Position numbers and translations under genes: made by a program. This document shows positions 9,876 to 20,026 of a stretch of DNA of 64,000 nt, piece after piece; the stretch's first letter is position 1, and each line of letters starts with the position of its first letter. The notes under the pieces are model-generated. The model did not search any database. It was not told where the DNA came from and saw nothing but the letters and a program-made list of their open reading frames with translations. This DNA comes from Pirellulales bacterium (lineage in GTDB: Bacteria; Planctomycetota; Planctomycetia; Pirellulales; PALSA-1355): the NCBI GenBank assembly GCA_963733035.1, contig CAVTBU010000007.1, positions 192,001 to 256,000 of the forward strand, written 5' to 3'.

Positions 9876-10799
9876 ATGAGTCAAAAGGCAAGCACTCTCG
9901 TCGTGACTTTCACGCCCACGATTGACATGCTCGCGTTGTTGGCGTGCGCTGTCACATTCGGTTTCGTGTTTCGATGGCGCAGGGGCAACATCAGCGGCAC
10001 CACGCTGGTGGGTCCTTGGATCTGGGCGTCGGCCTCGTTCGCTTCGCTCGTGGCCGTCGAACTAGGGATCGCGTTCGTCGGCGAGCCCGTACCTGACTGG
10101 GCCCCCGGTTTGCGGTATGCGGCGGCTATGAGCACGTTTTGCCCGATCGTGGCCTTGCTCGGGGCCAAGCGGCCGCAGGACCGTGGGTGGCAGTGGATTG
10201 TGCTGACGCTGTGGGCGATTCTTTGCCAACCGGCCGGCGAATGGATACTGTTTGGCGGTGTGGCCGAAATTCACGCAGCGCGATTTTGGTTTCTGGCGAT
10301 TCTGATGCTTGTCGGAGCTACCAACGGACTGGGCACGCGCGTTTGGCTTGCGAGTCTTCTTTACGGGGGCGCACAAATTATCTTGCTGGTGCCGTACCTC
10401 GCATCCGAAACGCCGTTCGATGGCGGTGAGGCCGCGGTTTTGGGAATCATTGGAATTGTGACTAGTTGGGCTCTCGTAGCCGCGGATGTGCTGCCAGGTC
10501 GCACGGCAAAACTCCCTTTGGACCGGGTTTGGCTCGACTTTCGCGACGCATTTGGCGTGGTATGGGCACTTCGCATTCTCGAGCGGATGAACGCGTCGGC
10601 GAACAGGTACGATTGGCCGGTCTCGCTGACCTGGCAGGGTTTCTGTCCGCGCGAATCGGCAACCTTCGAGGAGTCGCCGGCCGCGGTCGAGGAGAGCTTT
10701 CGCACACTGTTGCGGCGATTCGTTTCGCCTGAATGGGTTGACCTGCGAATCGGCTCAAGCCAACCAGAAGCGGCGCGAAATGCATCGCCGGTGTCGTGA
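9876..10799 (+). CDS. Integral membrane hypothetical protein
   Basis: About 7 TM segments, LGAKRPQDRGW motif, soluble C-terminal domain (WLDFRDAFG..W); start uncertain (9852, 9876 or 9927). Confidence 0.75.
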   Translation: MSQKASTLVVTFTPTIDMLALLACAVTFGFVFRWRRGNISGTTLVGPWIWASASFASLVAVELGIAFVGEPVPDWAPGLRYAAAMSTFCPIVALLGAKRPQDRGWQWIVLTLWAILCQPAGEWILFGGVAEIHAARFWFLAILMLVGATNGLGTRVWLASLLYGGAQIILLVPYLASETPFDGGEAAVLGIIGIVTSWALVAADVLPGRTAKLPLDRVWLDFRDAFGVVWALRILERMNASANRYDWPVSLTWQGFCPRESATFEESPAAVEESFRTLLRRFVSPEWVDLRIGSSQPEAARNASPVS

Positions 10800-10835
10800 G
10801 GTAACCGCAAGCCAGCGGGCAAACGCCGCCAAAAA

Positions 10836-11666
10836 CTACAACTTCAGCTCGGTAAACTCACGCACTCGACTTTCAATCGCCGGCTCAACCGGGAGTCGCT
10901 CCATCGAACTGGCGCCGTAGAACCCCACGATTCCTTCCGTGTGATCGAGGACGAATTGGGCGTCGGCCGGTTCAGCAATCGGCCCGCCGTGGCAGAGCAC
11001 GAGGATGGCGCGGTTGATGCGCTTGGCGGCGTCATGCATGTCTTGCACCAAACGTGCGGCGTCTTCCAATGAGAGTGCCGTGGTCGCGCCGATCGTACCT
11101 TTGGTGGTGAGGCCCATGTGCGGAATCAGGATATCGGCGCCGGCCTGGGCCATCGCTTCGGCCTCGTCGATGTTGAACGCGTAGGGGGTCGTGAGCAGGT
11201 CCATCTCGTGAGCCAGGCGGATCATGTCGACTTCGAGTCCAAAACCCATGCCGGTCTCTTCCAGACCCTGGCGGAACTGTCCGTCGATGAGTCCGACGGT
11301 CGGAAAATTTTGCACGCCCGAGAAGCCCGCCGCCGCCGCGTCGCGCAAGAACAGCTTCATCACGCGAAACGGGTCGGTGCCACAGACACCGGCCAACACC
11401 GGAGTCCGATCGACGACCGGAATCACTTCCCGTGCCATGTCCATCACAATCGCGTTGGCATCTCCGTAGGGCATCATGCCCGAAAGTGAACCGCGCCCGC
11501 CCATGCGAAAGCGTCCGGAGTTGTAGATGACCAACAGGTCGATGCCGCCGGCTTCCGACATCTTGGCCGAGAGCCCTGTGCCGGCGCCGCCTCCGATGAT
11601 GGGCCGACCCGCCGCAACCTTGGCGCGCAGACGAGCCAGAATTTCTTCACGTTTGAACAGGGACAT
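10836..11666 (-). CDS. Phosphoenolpyruvate hydrolase-like TIM-barrel protein (Tm-1 C-terminal family)
   Basis: Motifs [51 protein letters not shown]. Confidence 0.9.
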   Translation of the reverse strand: MSLFKREEILARLRAKVAAGRPIIGGGAGTGLSAKMSEAGGIDLLVIYNSGRFRMGGRGSLSGMMPYGDANAIVMDMAREVIPVVDRTPVLAGVCGTDPFRVMKLFLRDAAAAGFSGVQNFPTVGLIDGQFRQGLEETGMGFGLEVDMIRLAHEMDLLTTPYAFNIDEAEAMAQAGADILIPHMGLTTKGTIGATTALSLEDAARLVQDMHDAAKRINRAILVLCHGGPIAEPADAQFVLDHTEGIVGFYGASSMERLPVEPAIESRVREFTELKL

Positions 11667-11718
11667 CGGTTCGACCGCCGTCGAAAAATGGTGGAATAAA
11701 CTCGATCGACAAGGTAGC

Positions 11719-12516
11719 TCAATACTTCACAAGCTCTTTGCGGTCGCCTCCCTGACCGAGGGCTTGGAGCGTTTCGGTGGCCTTGGCGGTCATCATCCGC
11801 AGTTCGCTTCCTACGGCGATGAACTGCATTCCTTGCTCGGCCCGCTGCAGGGCCGTCTGGGGATCCATGACGTGCATGCCGGTCGGCGTGCCGACTTTCT
11901 TGCCGACCTCGATCACGCGCTGCAGCATTGCTTCGAACTCCTCGTCGGTCGCCTCGCTGCCATCGGGTTTTCTCATCTGCGCCCGCAGATCGACCGGTCC
12001 GACGAAAATGGCGTCGACGCCAGGCAAGCTGTAAATCTCCTCCGCGTTCGCCACGCCAGTTGGGCTTTCGGTTTGCAACACGACTAGAATCTCGTCGTTG
12101 GCCCGCTTGAAATATTCGGCGCCCGTGGCGTCGAAATTCAAGGAGTGCATGCCGCCGCCAAGGCTGCGATTGCCGACGGGGGGATACTTGGCTGCCCGAA
12201 TTGCGATTTGTGCTTGCTCAACCGTGTCGACCATCGGCACGACGATTCCCCAGGCGCCGGCATCGAGCACGCGCTTGATGTAGTCGTGGTTTCCCTTGGG
12301 TACCCGCGCTAACGGCACGCCGCCGGCGTCGGCGATCGAGGCGAAGATCATCGCGGCCTGCGACCAGTCGATTGCCGAATGCTCGATGTCGAGTGTCATC
12401 CAGGCGAAGTTCAGCCGGGCGAGAATCCGCGTGGCGAACAAATCACCTAGCGACAACCAGGTGCCAAACGACGGTTTGCCCTCGCGCAGCGTGCGCTTCA
12501 CGGGATTGGTTTTCAT
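11719..12516 (-). CDS. HpcH/HpaI family class II aldolase
   Basis: [45 protein letters not shown]. Confidence 0.92.
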   Translation of the reverse strand: MKTNPVKRTLREGKPSFGTWLSLGDLFATRILARLNFAWMTLDIEHSAIDWSQAAMIFASIADAGGVPLARVPKGNHDYIKRVLDAGAWGIVVPMVDTVEQAQIAIRAAKYPPVGNRSLGGGMHSLNFDATGAEYFKRANDEILVVLQTESPTGVANAEEIYSLPGVDAIFVGPVDLRAQMRKPDGSEATDEEFEAMLQRVIEVGKKVGTPTGMHVMDPQTALQRAEQGMQFIAVGSELRMMTAKATETLQALGQGGDRKELVKY

Positions 12517-12790
12517 ACGAGTTGGTTCCTCGATCGAGTGGGGGAGCGGGGCCACCTAGCCCAGCAGTGTTCCAGACCATCCGCTTGCTCGCAAGTCCCC
12601 TGGCGGTGGATGTGAGGTGGACGAAAACCAGACCGTTCTGCTCCGACGACTCCGTAAAATCGGAACGGTTCCTGGCCGTTCTGGCCGCGGCAAGCGGCTT
12701 CGGCGTTGCCGCTCGGGCGGCAATTGACGAAAATCAATCATAGGGTTGAACGATCGTGCCACTGCCGCATTCACCTGAGTTCCGCGATTA

Positions 12791-14212
12791 ATGGACATTC
12801 CCACCAGCCATCGAGTTATGGTCCATTTGGGGCTCGCGCTGTCGATGTTGGTCGCCGCGGGCTGTAGTCGGGCAGGTGGCGCGACCGATTCTCAGTCGCG
12901 CGCTCGTGCGATCCGTTCGGCCGCAGAAACGCCGGAGGGTACCGCGTTGTCCAACGATCCGGCCAGCCGACTGGAGCGATTTCGCACCGCAGGTCAATTC
13001 GAAGAACTCATCGAGGCGTCGCTGGACGCGGTTAACAAAAACCCCGACAACCTCGTGTTGCAGATTCTTCGTATCGACGCGCTCTTGGCGGCCGGGCGAA
13101 ACAACGAGGCCGAGCATGCGGCCACCGGCGCCGCGTTATTGGCTACCGAGCAGGCAGCGCCGGCCTTTGCCGCCCAGGCCATCCAGCTATGGACAATTGC
13201 CCGGCTTCGACAGGCAGCGCCACTCGATTCATCTAAATTGGCCTCTGTCGTCCGGCGGCAACCAGGTGACGAACCAACTGCCCGGATGCTCTGCTTTTGG
13301 CAGCAGGCGCTGGCCGGACGGAGCCCCTACCGGTTTGCGGAACCGGCCTCGCCGATCGCCGAACTACCGCTCGCATCGGCGGCAGCTCAATCACTGCCGT
13401 ACGAGTTAGCGGCCGTGCAAGCCACGGTTAACGGCAATATGCTGCCCCTGGTGTTCATCGACACTGGCGGTCAACACACGCTGATGACCACCGCGGCGGC
13501 TCGTGCATCCGGCGTCCGGCTTGGCGACACGTCAACGCAGCTCACGGGCTTTGTCGGACTATCGGCCCAGCCGGGACTGATTCAAACGCTAGAACTGGGG
13601 TCGCTCGTTCTGCACGACGTTCCCGTGTTGGTGGGAGACTCGCCACCGCTGGTGGCGGCCCGGGGGCAGATGTCGTTGGGCACCGATCTCATGCATCACG
13701 TTCGGTTTACAATCGACTATCCGTCTCGACGAGTGGTTGCTCAATCGGCCAATACGCCGCGCGACGACGATTCGCCGGCCGTGTGGTCGATTCCCATTTG
13801 GACTTTTTCGCAGGTTTGCCTGGCCCGCGGACTGATGCGCAACGGCAGGGCCGCCCGCTTGCTCGTCGATACGGGCGATCGGGCCGGCGCATATATTTCC
13901 TATCGCTGGGGGCGGCGCAATCTGCCGCAACTTGAGGGTCCAAGCGCGTCGATGGTATTTCGTTACAAGAAGCGAAACCTGGTGATCGATTCGCTCGAAT
14001 TGGGCACCGGATCGCTAACCAATTGGCCGGTCGTCGATACAATTCCCCCGGAACTCGATCGACTAAACCTGGTCGACATCATGCTGGGGCGCGATTTGCT
14101 CGCGCCCTACCAATTGACGGTCGACCTGCCCGGCCGCGAGCTAGCGTTGCGCCCCGGCGCGGCGGCGTCCACGGCGACTCAAGACGAAGGAGAGAGGCGT
14201 GACCTACCATAG
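12791..14212 (+). CDS. Aspartyl protease lipoprotein with two retropepsin-like lobes
   Basis: Lipobox VAAGC; two catalytic-type motifs FIDTGG...SLGTDL and LVDTGD...MLGRDLL. Confidence 0.85.
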   Translation: MDIPTSHRVMVHLGLALSMLVAAGCSRAGGATDSQSRARAIRSAAETPEGTALSNDPASRLERFRTAGQFEELIEASLDAVNKNPDNLVLQILRIDALLAAGRNNEAEHAATGAALLATEQAAPAFAAQAIQLWTIARLRQAAPLDSSKLASVVRRQPGDEPTARMLCFWQQALAGRSPYRFAEPASPIAELPLASAAAQSLPYELAAVQATVNGNMLPLVFIDTGGQHTLMTTAAARASGVRLGDTSTQLTGFVGLSAQPGLIQTLELGSLVLHDVPVLVGDSPPLVAARGQMSLGTDLMHHVRFTIDYPSRRVVAQSANTPRDDDSPAVWSIPIWTFSQVCLARGLMRNGRAARLLVDTGDRAGAYISYRWGRRNLPQLEGPSASMVFRYKKRNLVIDSLELGTGSLTNWPVVDTIPPELDRLNLVDIMLGRDLLAPYQLTVDLPGRELALRPGAAASTATQDEGERRDLP

Positions 14213-15455
14213 CATTTCTCGCGCGCCACAGTCCTTCGCCCTCGCCGGTCTGTTGCAAGTTGTTTGTCTGGTTCTTTGCGGCACGGCGGCGGCGAACGAC
14301 TTTGAGTTGCAGCGCAATCGCATGGTCGACGAGGAGATTGTCGCGGCCGGCATAAAAGATCCCCGTGTCATCGCATCGATGCGCACGACCCCGCGGCACG
14401 AATTTGTGACGGCCAACTTGCGCCCGCAAGCCTACTACGACATGGCGATGGCCATTGGGCATGGCCAAACGATTTCGCCACCGTTCGTCGTGGCCTACAT
14501 GACCGAACAGCTCCAACCCAAACCGACGGACAAGGTGCTCGAAATCGGTACCGGCAGCGGCTATCAGGCGGCCGTGCTCAGCCCGTTGGTCAAAGACGTC
14601 TATACGATCGAAATCGTCAAGCCGCTCGGCGAGCGTGCGGCACGCACCCTCAAGCGTCTCGACTACGAGAACGTGCACCCCAAAGTCGGCGACGGTTTCC
14701 AGGGATGGCCGGAGCATGCGCCGTTCGACAAGATCATCGTCACCTGCTCACCAGAGAAAGTGCCGCAGCCCCTGGTCGACCAGTTGCGCGAAGGCGGGCG
14801 TATCATTGTTCCGGTTGGCGAGCGCTATCAGCAAATGCTGTATCTGTTCGAAAAGAAGAATGGCAAGCTGGAAAAGCTGGCCTCGCTGCCAACGCTTTTC
14901 GTGCCCATGACCGGTGCGGCGGAACAGGGACGCATTGTGCGGCCCGACCCGCAACACCCGCAGATTGCCAACGGCGGCTTTGAAGAGGTCCTGCAGCAGT
15001 CAGACGACGACTCGGCTCCCAAGACGAAACCGGCCGGCTGGCACTACCAGCGTCAGATGCAGCTGAAAAGTGATGCCACGTCGCCCGAGGGCAAGCACTA
15101 TGTTACGTTCCGCAATCAGGAGCTCGGGCGTGGAGCGCAGGCCCTGCAGGGTTTTGCGGTCGATGGACGCGAGGTACGAGGGATTGAGGTTTCTGCCTGG
15201 GTCAAAGGCGACAGCCTTCGGCCAGGTGCGCTTCCCTACCAACAGCCCACGCTGGGCGTCACGTTTTATGACGAAAATCGCTCGGAAATTGCCAATCGCT
15301 ACATGCGTCCGTGGCAAGGCACCTTCGACTGGCGGCGTGATACCGATGTATTTCGCGTTCCGGCCAGGGCTCGTGAAGCCATTATTCGAATCGGGCTGTT
15401 TGGTGGCACGGGCGAACTATCGCTCGACAGTGTGCACGTTGAAGCGGTGAAGTGA
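14199..15455 (+). CDS. pcm: Protein-L-isoaspartate O-methyltransferase with signal peptide and C-terminal carbohydrate-binding-like domain
   Basis: PRHEFV, GQTISPP, VLEIGTGSGYQAA, GDGFQGWPEHAPFDKII, FVPM; C-terminal IANGGFE...GTFDW...LDSV beta-sandwich pattern. Confidence 0.92.
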   Translation: MTYHSISRAPQSFALAGLLQVVCLVLCGTAAANDFELQRNRMVDEEIVAAGIKDPRVIASMRTTPRHEFVTANLRPQAYYDMAMAIGHGQTISPPFVVAYMTEQLQPKPTDKVLEIGTGSGYQAAVLSPLVKDVYTIEIVKPLGERAARTLKRLDYENVHPKVGDGFQGWPEHAPFDKIIVTCSPEKVPQPLVDQLREGGRIIVPVGERYQQMLYLFEKKNGKLEKLASLPTLFVPMTGAAEQGRIVRPDPQHPQIANGGFEEVLQQSDDDSAPKTKPAGWHYQRQMQLKSDATSPEGKHYVTFRNQELGRGAQALQGFAVDGREVRGIEVSAWVKGDSLRPGALPYQQPTLGVTFYDENRSEIANRYMRPWQGTFDWRRDTDVFRVPARAREAIIRIGLFGGTGELSLDSVHVEAVK

Positions 15456-15471
15456 CAGACGCCGCGCGAGT

Positions 15472-16601
15472 TCAGTCGGTAAAGCGAAACGGTTCGTTGG
15501 TCACTTCGTAGCCGGGACGCAGTCCGATGTTGAGCACCAGTCCCAGCGCCAGCGCGTTGGCAAGCAAACTGGAACCCCCGTAGCTCAACAGTGGCAGGGC
15601 CAGGCCGGTAATCGGCAGCAGACCCACGAGCATCGCGGTGTTGACCAGCACCTGGGTGCCAATGAGTGCCGCAATTCCCACTGCCACCAGCCGTCCAAAT
15701 GGCTCGCGCGTCTGAGCGGCAATCGCCAACGTGCGCCAGGCCAGCAGCGCGAAAAGGCCCAGCATTACGGCCCAGCCAAGCAAACCGAATCGCTCGCCGA
15801 GCACCACGGCGATGGAATCCGTATGCGCTTCGGGTACGAAAAACGCACCGTCGTCGTTCGTTACCGGGCCAGCAAATAGGCTGCCCGTCCAGCCACCCAG
15901 GGCCAATTGTTGTTTGGCCTGATGCAGATGGTAGCCGTCGTCAGTCGGGCGTTCGCCTGGAGCGGTTTGTTCGGCGAGCGCCGTGATGCGAGACTTCTGC
16001 TCTCGGCTCATCTGCGACCATAGCAACGGCAAAATCGCCACGGCCATTGCCAACAGCAGCGCCAGATGTCGCTTCCGTGCGCCGGCGGCGAAGAGCATGG
16101 TGAATAAAACCGGCATGAAGACCAGCGAAGTTCCAAGGTCCGGTTCCTTGAGAATCAACAGGACCGGCACCATGACCAAAGCCAACGGCACACAAAGACC
16201 CCATAGCCGCCGGTAGCTGTCGCGATAGAGCAAATACCGGGCGAGACCCAATACGAACGCCAGTTTGGCGAATTCCGACGGCTGTAGACCCACCGGCCCG
16301 ATGCGGATCCAGCGCCTGCGCCGTTGATCGGCGGAAACCAGAAGACGGCAACCAGCAGCCCTAAACAAGCCAGGAAGGCCGGATAACTCCACCTCATAAG
16401 AAGGCGGTAACTCGGCACGCTCGTCGCGAACATGGACGCCCCACAGAACACCGCCCAACAGAGTTGCCGCAGCAAGTGACGACCGAGTCCGCCGGCAAGT
16501 GTTTCGCTGCGCGCGATCCCCGCGAGCCCGAGCGCAACGAGCGCCGCGCCGACGAGCACGATTTCCCAAGGCATCCGGCGCGTCCAGGCCTGCAGTTGCA
16601 T
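15472..16601 (-). CDS. SEDS family peptidoglycan polymerase (RodA/FtsW), frameshifted near 16318
   Basis: N-part ends PPINGA (ORF 16155..16601) and continues as RRWIRIG..QPSEFAK, EPDLGT, PEAHTD, PITGLALPLLSYGGSS in ORF 15472..16569; one base is missing. Confidence 0.9.
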
Positions 16602-16913
16602 CTTGGCGGCAGTCTCCTTCGACGCGGATTATAGAGGGCCAGCCGGTAGACGGCCGAGGCCGAAAGGTCCGTACATCCGCGCCAAAACGACCAATGGGCC
16701 GCTATCATTTGTCTGCCTGCAGCGCACGTTAAGAATTCTTAATTCATCCCATATTCGCCACTTGTCTCATTGGCGGCAATCGGAAAAAACTACGCATCTT
16801 TCTTGTATTCCATGCTAGGGTTGGTATGTTTTTGAAGGCTTGAGCCGTGTTAGCCCCCGTTTGGAGGGTAGGGCAAGCCGGTAAGACCCAAGTATTGAGG
16901 GGAGCCAGATATT

Positions 16914-17864
16914 ATGTTTCGCACAGGTTTGAAGACCTTGGCGGTCCTGGTGGCCGTCGGTGTTCTCACTCAGACGGCGCAAGCCGGATGGCGTCATCAC
17001 CACCGCTACGGAAGCAGCGGCGGATCGTGGGGAAGTTGGGGATCCAGCGGCGGCAGTTGGGGTTCCAGCGGTGGTTACTACGGCAGCAGCGGTGGTAGCT
17101 GGGGTTCGAGCGGTGGCTACTACTACGGCTCGAGCGGCGGCAGCTGGGGATCGAGTGGCGGCTATTACTACGGTTCGAGTGGTGGCTCGAGCGGTGGTTC
17201 CAGCGGTGGCTATCACCAGGCCCCCGCGGCTCCTGCCACACCGGCTCCGACCACGCCTCCGACGCCTCCGTCTCCGTCGGATGCCGCCCCCGCTTCGACG
17301 ATGTATCACCCGACCTACGGTCCGCTCCGCAACAGCGCTCTGTTGAGCGTCAAGGTGCCGGCCGATGCCAAGGTGTTCGTCAACGATCGGCCGACCACCA
17401 GCACGGGCGAAGACCGCGATTACATCTCGCGCGATTTGCAGCCGGGAGCTCAGTACAGCTACAAAGTGCGTGCTGAGTTCGTCCGCGACGGCAAGCCCGT
17501 CACCGAGGAGAAGTCGGTGCAGTTGACCGCTGGTCAGACCAGCACGCTCAACTTCAACGGCCAAGCGCAGGTGCAAACCGCCAACAGCGGCGATACGCGC
17601 ACCACGCTTATTATTCGTTTGCCTGCCGATGCCAAGCTGTTCTTGGCCGGCAAGGAAATGAAGGCCACCGGCCCGGTTCGCGAGTTCTCGACGACCAAGT
17701 TGGCCCCGGGTGCCCAGTGGCAGACCTACGCCATTCGCGCCGTGGTCAATCGTAATGGTCATGACGAGGTTCGCGAGCAGAACGTGTCGTTGAAGGCCGG
17801 CCAGTCGCGCGAGCTGTCGATTAATTTCGATGTCCCGCAGGTTGCCGACGCCAGCGCCCGCTAA
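16914..17864 (+). CDS. Secreted protein with a Gly/Ser/aromatic repeat region, Pro linker and two TIGR03000-type domains
   Basis: GAGGGGAG RBS; signal peptide ..TAQA; two copies of the V.VPADAK.F..G..T..TG..R.F....L..G..Y.Y pattern. Confidence 0.9.
   Translation: MFRTGLKTLAVLVAVGVLTQTAQAGWRHHHRYGSSGGSWGSWGSSGGSWGSSGGYYGSSGGSWGSSGGYYYGSSGGSWGSSGGYYYGSSGGSSGGSSGGYHQAPAAPATPAPTTPPTPPSPSDAAPASTMYHPTYGPLRNSALLSVKVPADAKVFVNDRPTTSTGEDRDYISRDLQPGAQYSYKVRAEFVRDGKPVTEEKSVQLTAGQTSTLNFNGQAQVQTANSGDTRTTLIIRLPADAKLFLAGKEMKATGPVREFSTTKLAPGAQWQTYAIRAVVNRNGHDEVREQNVSLKAGQSRELSINFDVPQVADASAR
17010..17213 (+). repeat. Coding tandem repeat (GSSGG-SW / GSSGG-YY(Y)), about 10 GSSG units
   Basis: Direct translation; synonymous codon variation between units. 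Confidence 0.95.
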
Positions 17865-17894
17865 AGCGGTCGACACGTTGCGATCGATTGTTTC

Positions 17895-17936
17895 AGAGCC
17901 TTCTCGCCGGAGTACTCGGCGAGAAGGCTCTTTTTT
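17895..17936 (+). terminator. Rho-independent terminator
   Basis: 15-bp stem AGAGCCTTCTCGCCG/CGGCGAGAAGGCTCT followed by a T run. Confidence 0.9.
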
Positions 17937-18141
17937 GTTGTCGCTACCGGAGTGCCATACCTGGGGCTAACGAGCCAGCGTGCTCCACCGCTCTTTGGCG
18001 GCACTCCAAGTGTGCCGCTCCTGCACGAGTTGGCCCGTCCGGGCACACTCGCGTTTCGCATTGTGCGGGGCGTGCCGCTCGTGCGGCGAACTGGCAGCAG
18101 GCTTTTCCCAACAGCTACAATCGACCGATAATCTTCCTATC

Positions 18142-18708
18142 ATGGCCACCGTTCCACCATCCGCCGTGTCCACGCCAATGCCGCGGCCCGCGATACGCGC
18201 CGTGGTGAGCCTGCTGGTCGTATTGCATGTAGCCGCGGTATTTGTCGGCCCCTGGGCGATGCCGCAAACGTCGCGGTTGGCTCTCGGCGTGGGCCGCATT
18301 CTGCAGCCCTATCTCGACGTCCTCTCGCTTGGCAACGGATACCGCTTCTTCGCTCCCGAGCCCGGGCCCAGTCACCTGGTGCGATACGAGATTACGCTCG
18401 ACGACGGTACGTTGAAGCAGGGCTACTTTCCCAACCGTCAAGAGCAATGGCCGCGGCTCTTATACCATCGCTACTTCATGCTCAGCGAATTTGCCAACAC
18501 GCTGGAAAACAGCCCGGCGCGTGATCGCGCCCAAGCGTATGCCACGGCCTATGCGCGGCATCTGGCCGAAAAGAACGACGCTCGCACGGTTAAACTTTTT
18601 CTTCGCCGCCACTATGTGCCGCGTCCCGAGGAAGTGCAGCAGGGCCGCAAATTGACGGACAAGGTGTTGTACGAGGAACGCCCGCTCATTACGTATCAGC
18701 GAGACTGA
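18142..18708 (+). CDS. Membrane-anchored SdpA/DUF5819-like protein
   Basis: N-terminal TM containing His (VVLHVAAVF); GYRFFAPEP motif similar to the WxxFAPxP motif of HTTM partner proteins; 3 nt upstream of the HTTM gene. Confidence 0.7.
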   Translation: MATVPPSAVSTPMPRPAIRAVVSLLVVLHVAAVFVGPWAMPQTSRLALGVGRILQPYLDVLSLGNGYRFFAPEPGPSHLVRYEITLDDGTLKQGYFPNRQEQWPRLLYHRYFMLSEFANTLENSPARDRAQAYATAYARHLAEKNDARTVKLFLRRHYVPRPEEVQQGRKLTDKVLYEERPLITYQRD

Positions 18709-18711
18709 CCG

Positions 18712-19806
18712 GTGACGACCACTGCGATCAACGTCGTGCGCGATTGGGCAGCCGAAGTGCTTGCCAGTTGGAACCGCTTCTGGTTCCAGGCGGTCGACCC
18801 GGCAACGCTGGGAATGATCCGCATCCTGGCCGGGGCCATGTTGTTTTACACGCATCTCGTGTGGAGCATCGATTTGACGGAGTTCGTCGGCCCCGATGGC
18901 TGGCTGCCGGCCGGCGCCGTCGGACTGATTCAGGAAGGCACATATTCCTGGAGCTACTTGTGGTGGATTGAAGACTCGCCGGTGCTGCTGTGGTCTGCGC
19001 ACATCGCCGGACTGGTGATCTTCGCCATGCTCACCGTGGGGCTGTTGACACGCGTGGCATCGATCTTGGCGCTGTTTGTCGCACTGGCGTACGTCCAGCG
19101 GCTCCCCGGTGCACTGTTTGGCCTCGATCAAATCAACGTGATGCTGGCCTTGTATCTGGCCATCGGTCCCTCGGGCGATGCGTTTTCGCTCGATCGCTGG
19201 CTGCGAAGCCGTCGGGCAGGGCACGTGCTGCCCATACGTCATTCGTGGACAGCCAACCTGGCGATCCGGCTGATCCAGATTCACATGTGCGTGATCTATT
19301 TGTTTGCCGGCATGGCCAAGCTGACCGGCGCCGCCTGGTGGGATGGAACGGCCCTGTGGATGGCGTTCGGCAATATGGAATACCAGTCGATGGACATGAC
19401 CTGGATGGCCAGCTATCCGCTCTTGATCGACGTGATGACCCACGTCACGGTCTTCTGGGAGCTGTCGTACGCGGCCCTCGTTTGGCCGCGACTCACGCGA
19501 CCAATTGTCATTTTGCTGGCGATTCCGCTGCATATGGGCATCGCCATCTGCCTCGGCATGATCACCTTCGGACTGGCGATGCTGATCGGTAACCTGGCAT
19601 TCGTCTCGCCGACAATCGTGCGCGCCGTCTGCTTGCGATTGGTTCCGCGACAAGCTCACACGTCGTCCGAGCGTAGTTCCTCTGCGGTGGGCTCCACTGC
19701 CAAGCCGTCTCGAACGGACCTTCGCACGAGCAGCTCACGGCGCGTAGGTTTGCGCGGATTGCCCCGAGCCACTCTGACAGCCAACCGCCTGGGCTGGCGC
19801 CGCTGA
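18712..19806 (+). CDS. HTTM-domain membrane protein (SdpB / vitamin K-dependent carboxylase-like)
   Basis: LGMIRIL, VGLLTR, FSLDRW, RLIQIHMCVIYLFAGMAKLTGAAWWDGTAL, WEL..., LHMGI. Confidence 0.88.
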   Translation: MTTTAINVVRDWAAEVLASWNRFWFQAVDPATLGMIRILAGAMLFYTHLVWSIDLTEFVGPDGWLPAGAVGLIQEGTYSWSYLWWIEDSPVLLWSAHIAGLVIFAMLTVGLLTRVASILALFVALAYVQRLPGALFGLDQINVMLALYLAIGPSGDAFSLDRWLRSRRAGHVLPIRHSWTANLAIRLIQIHMCVIYLFAGMAKLTGAAWWDGTALWMAFGNMEYQSMDMTWMASYPLLIDVMTHVTVFWELSYAALVWPRLTRPIVILLAIPLHMGIAICLGMITFGLAMLIGNLAFVSPTIVRAVCLRLVPRQAHTSSERSSSAVGSTAKPSRTDLRTSSSRRVGLRGLPRATLTANRLGWRR

Positions 19807-20026
19807 CGCCGATACCGTTCTCAATGGTTGAGCACCGGGCAATTCTTACGCTCTGCTCGTTCATCCTGTCAAATTGCTAGTTCATTTATGCAAAATACCC
19901 GTTGGGGGTATGACACCTAGTTGTCACTACCTTTCGCGACCGAATTGCAAGTCTTCCAACCTGCGTCGATAACTCACAGACCGCTGCTGAATTTCGACTT
20001 TCAGGCAATTTATGAGGTCGCACATC

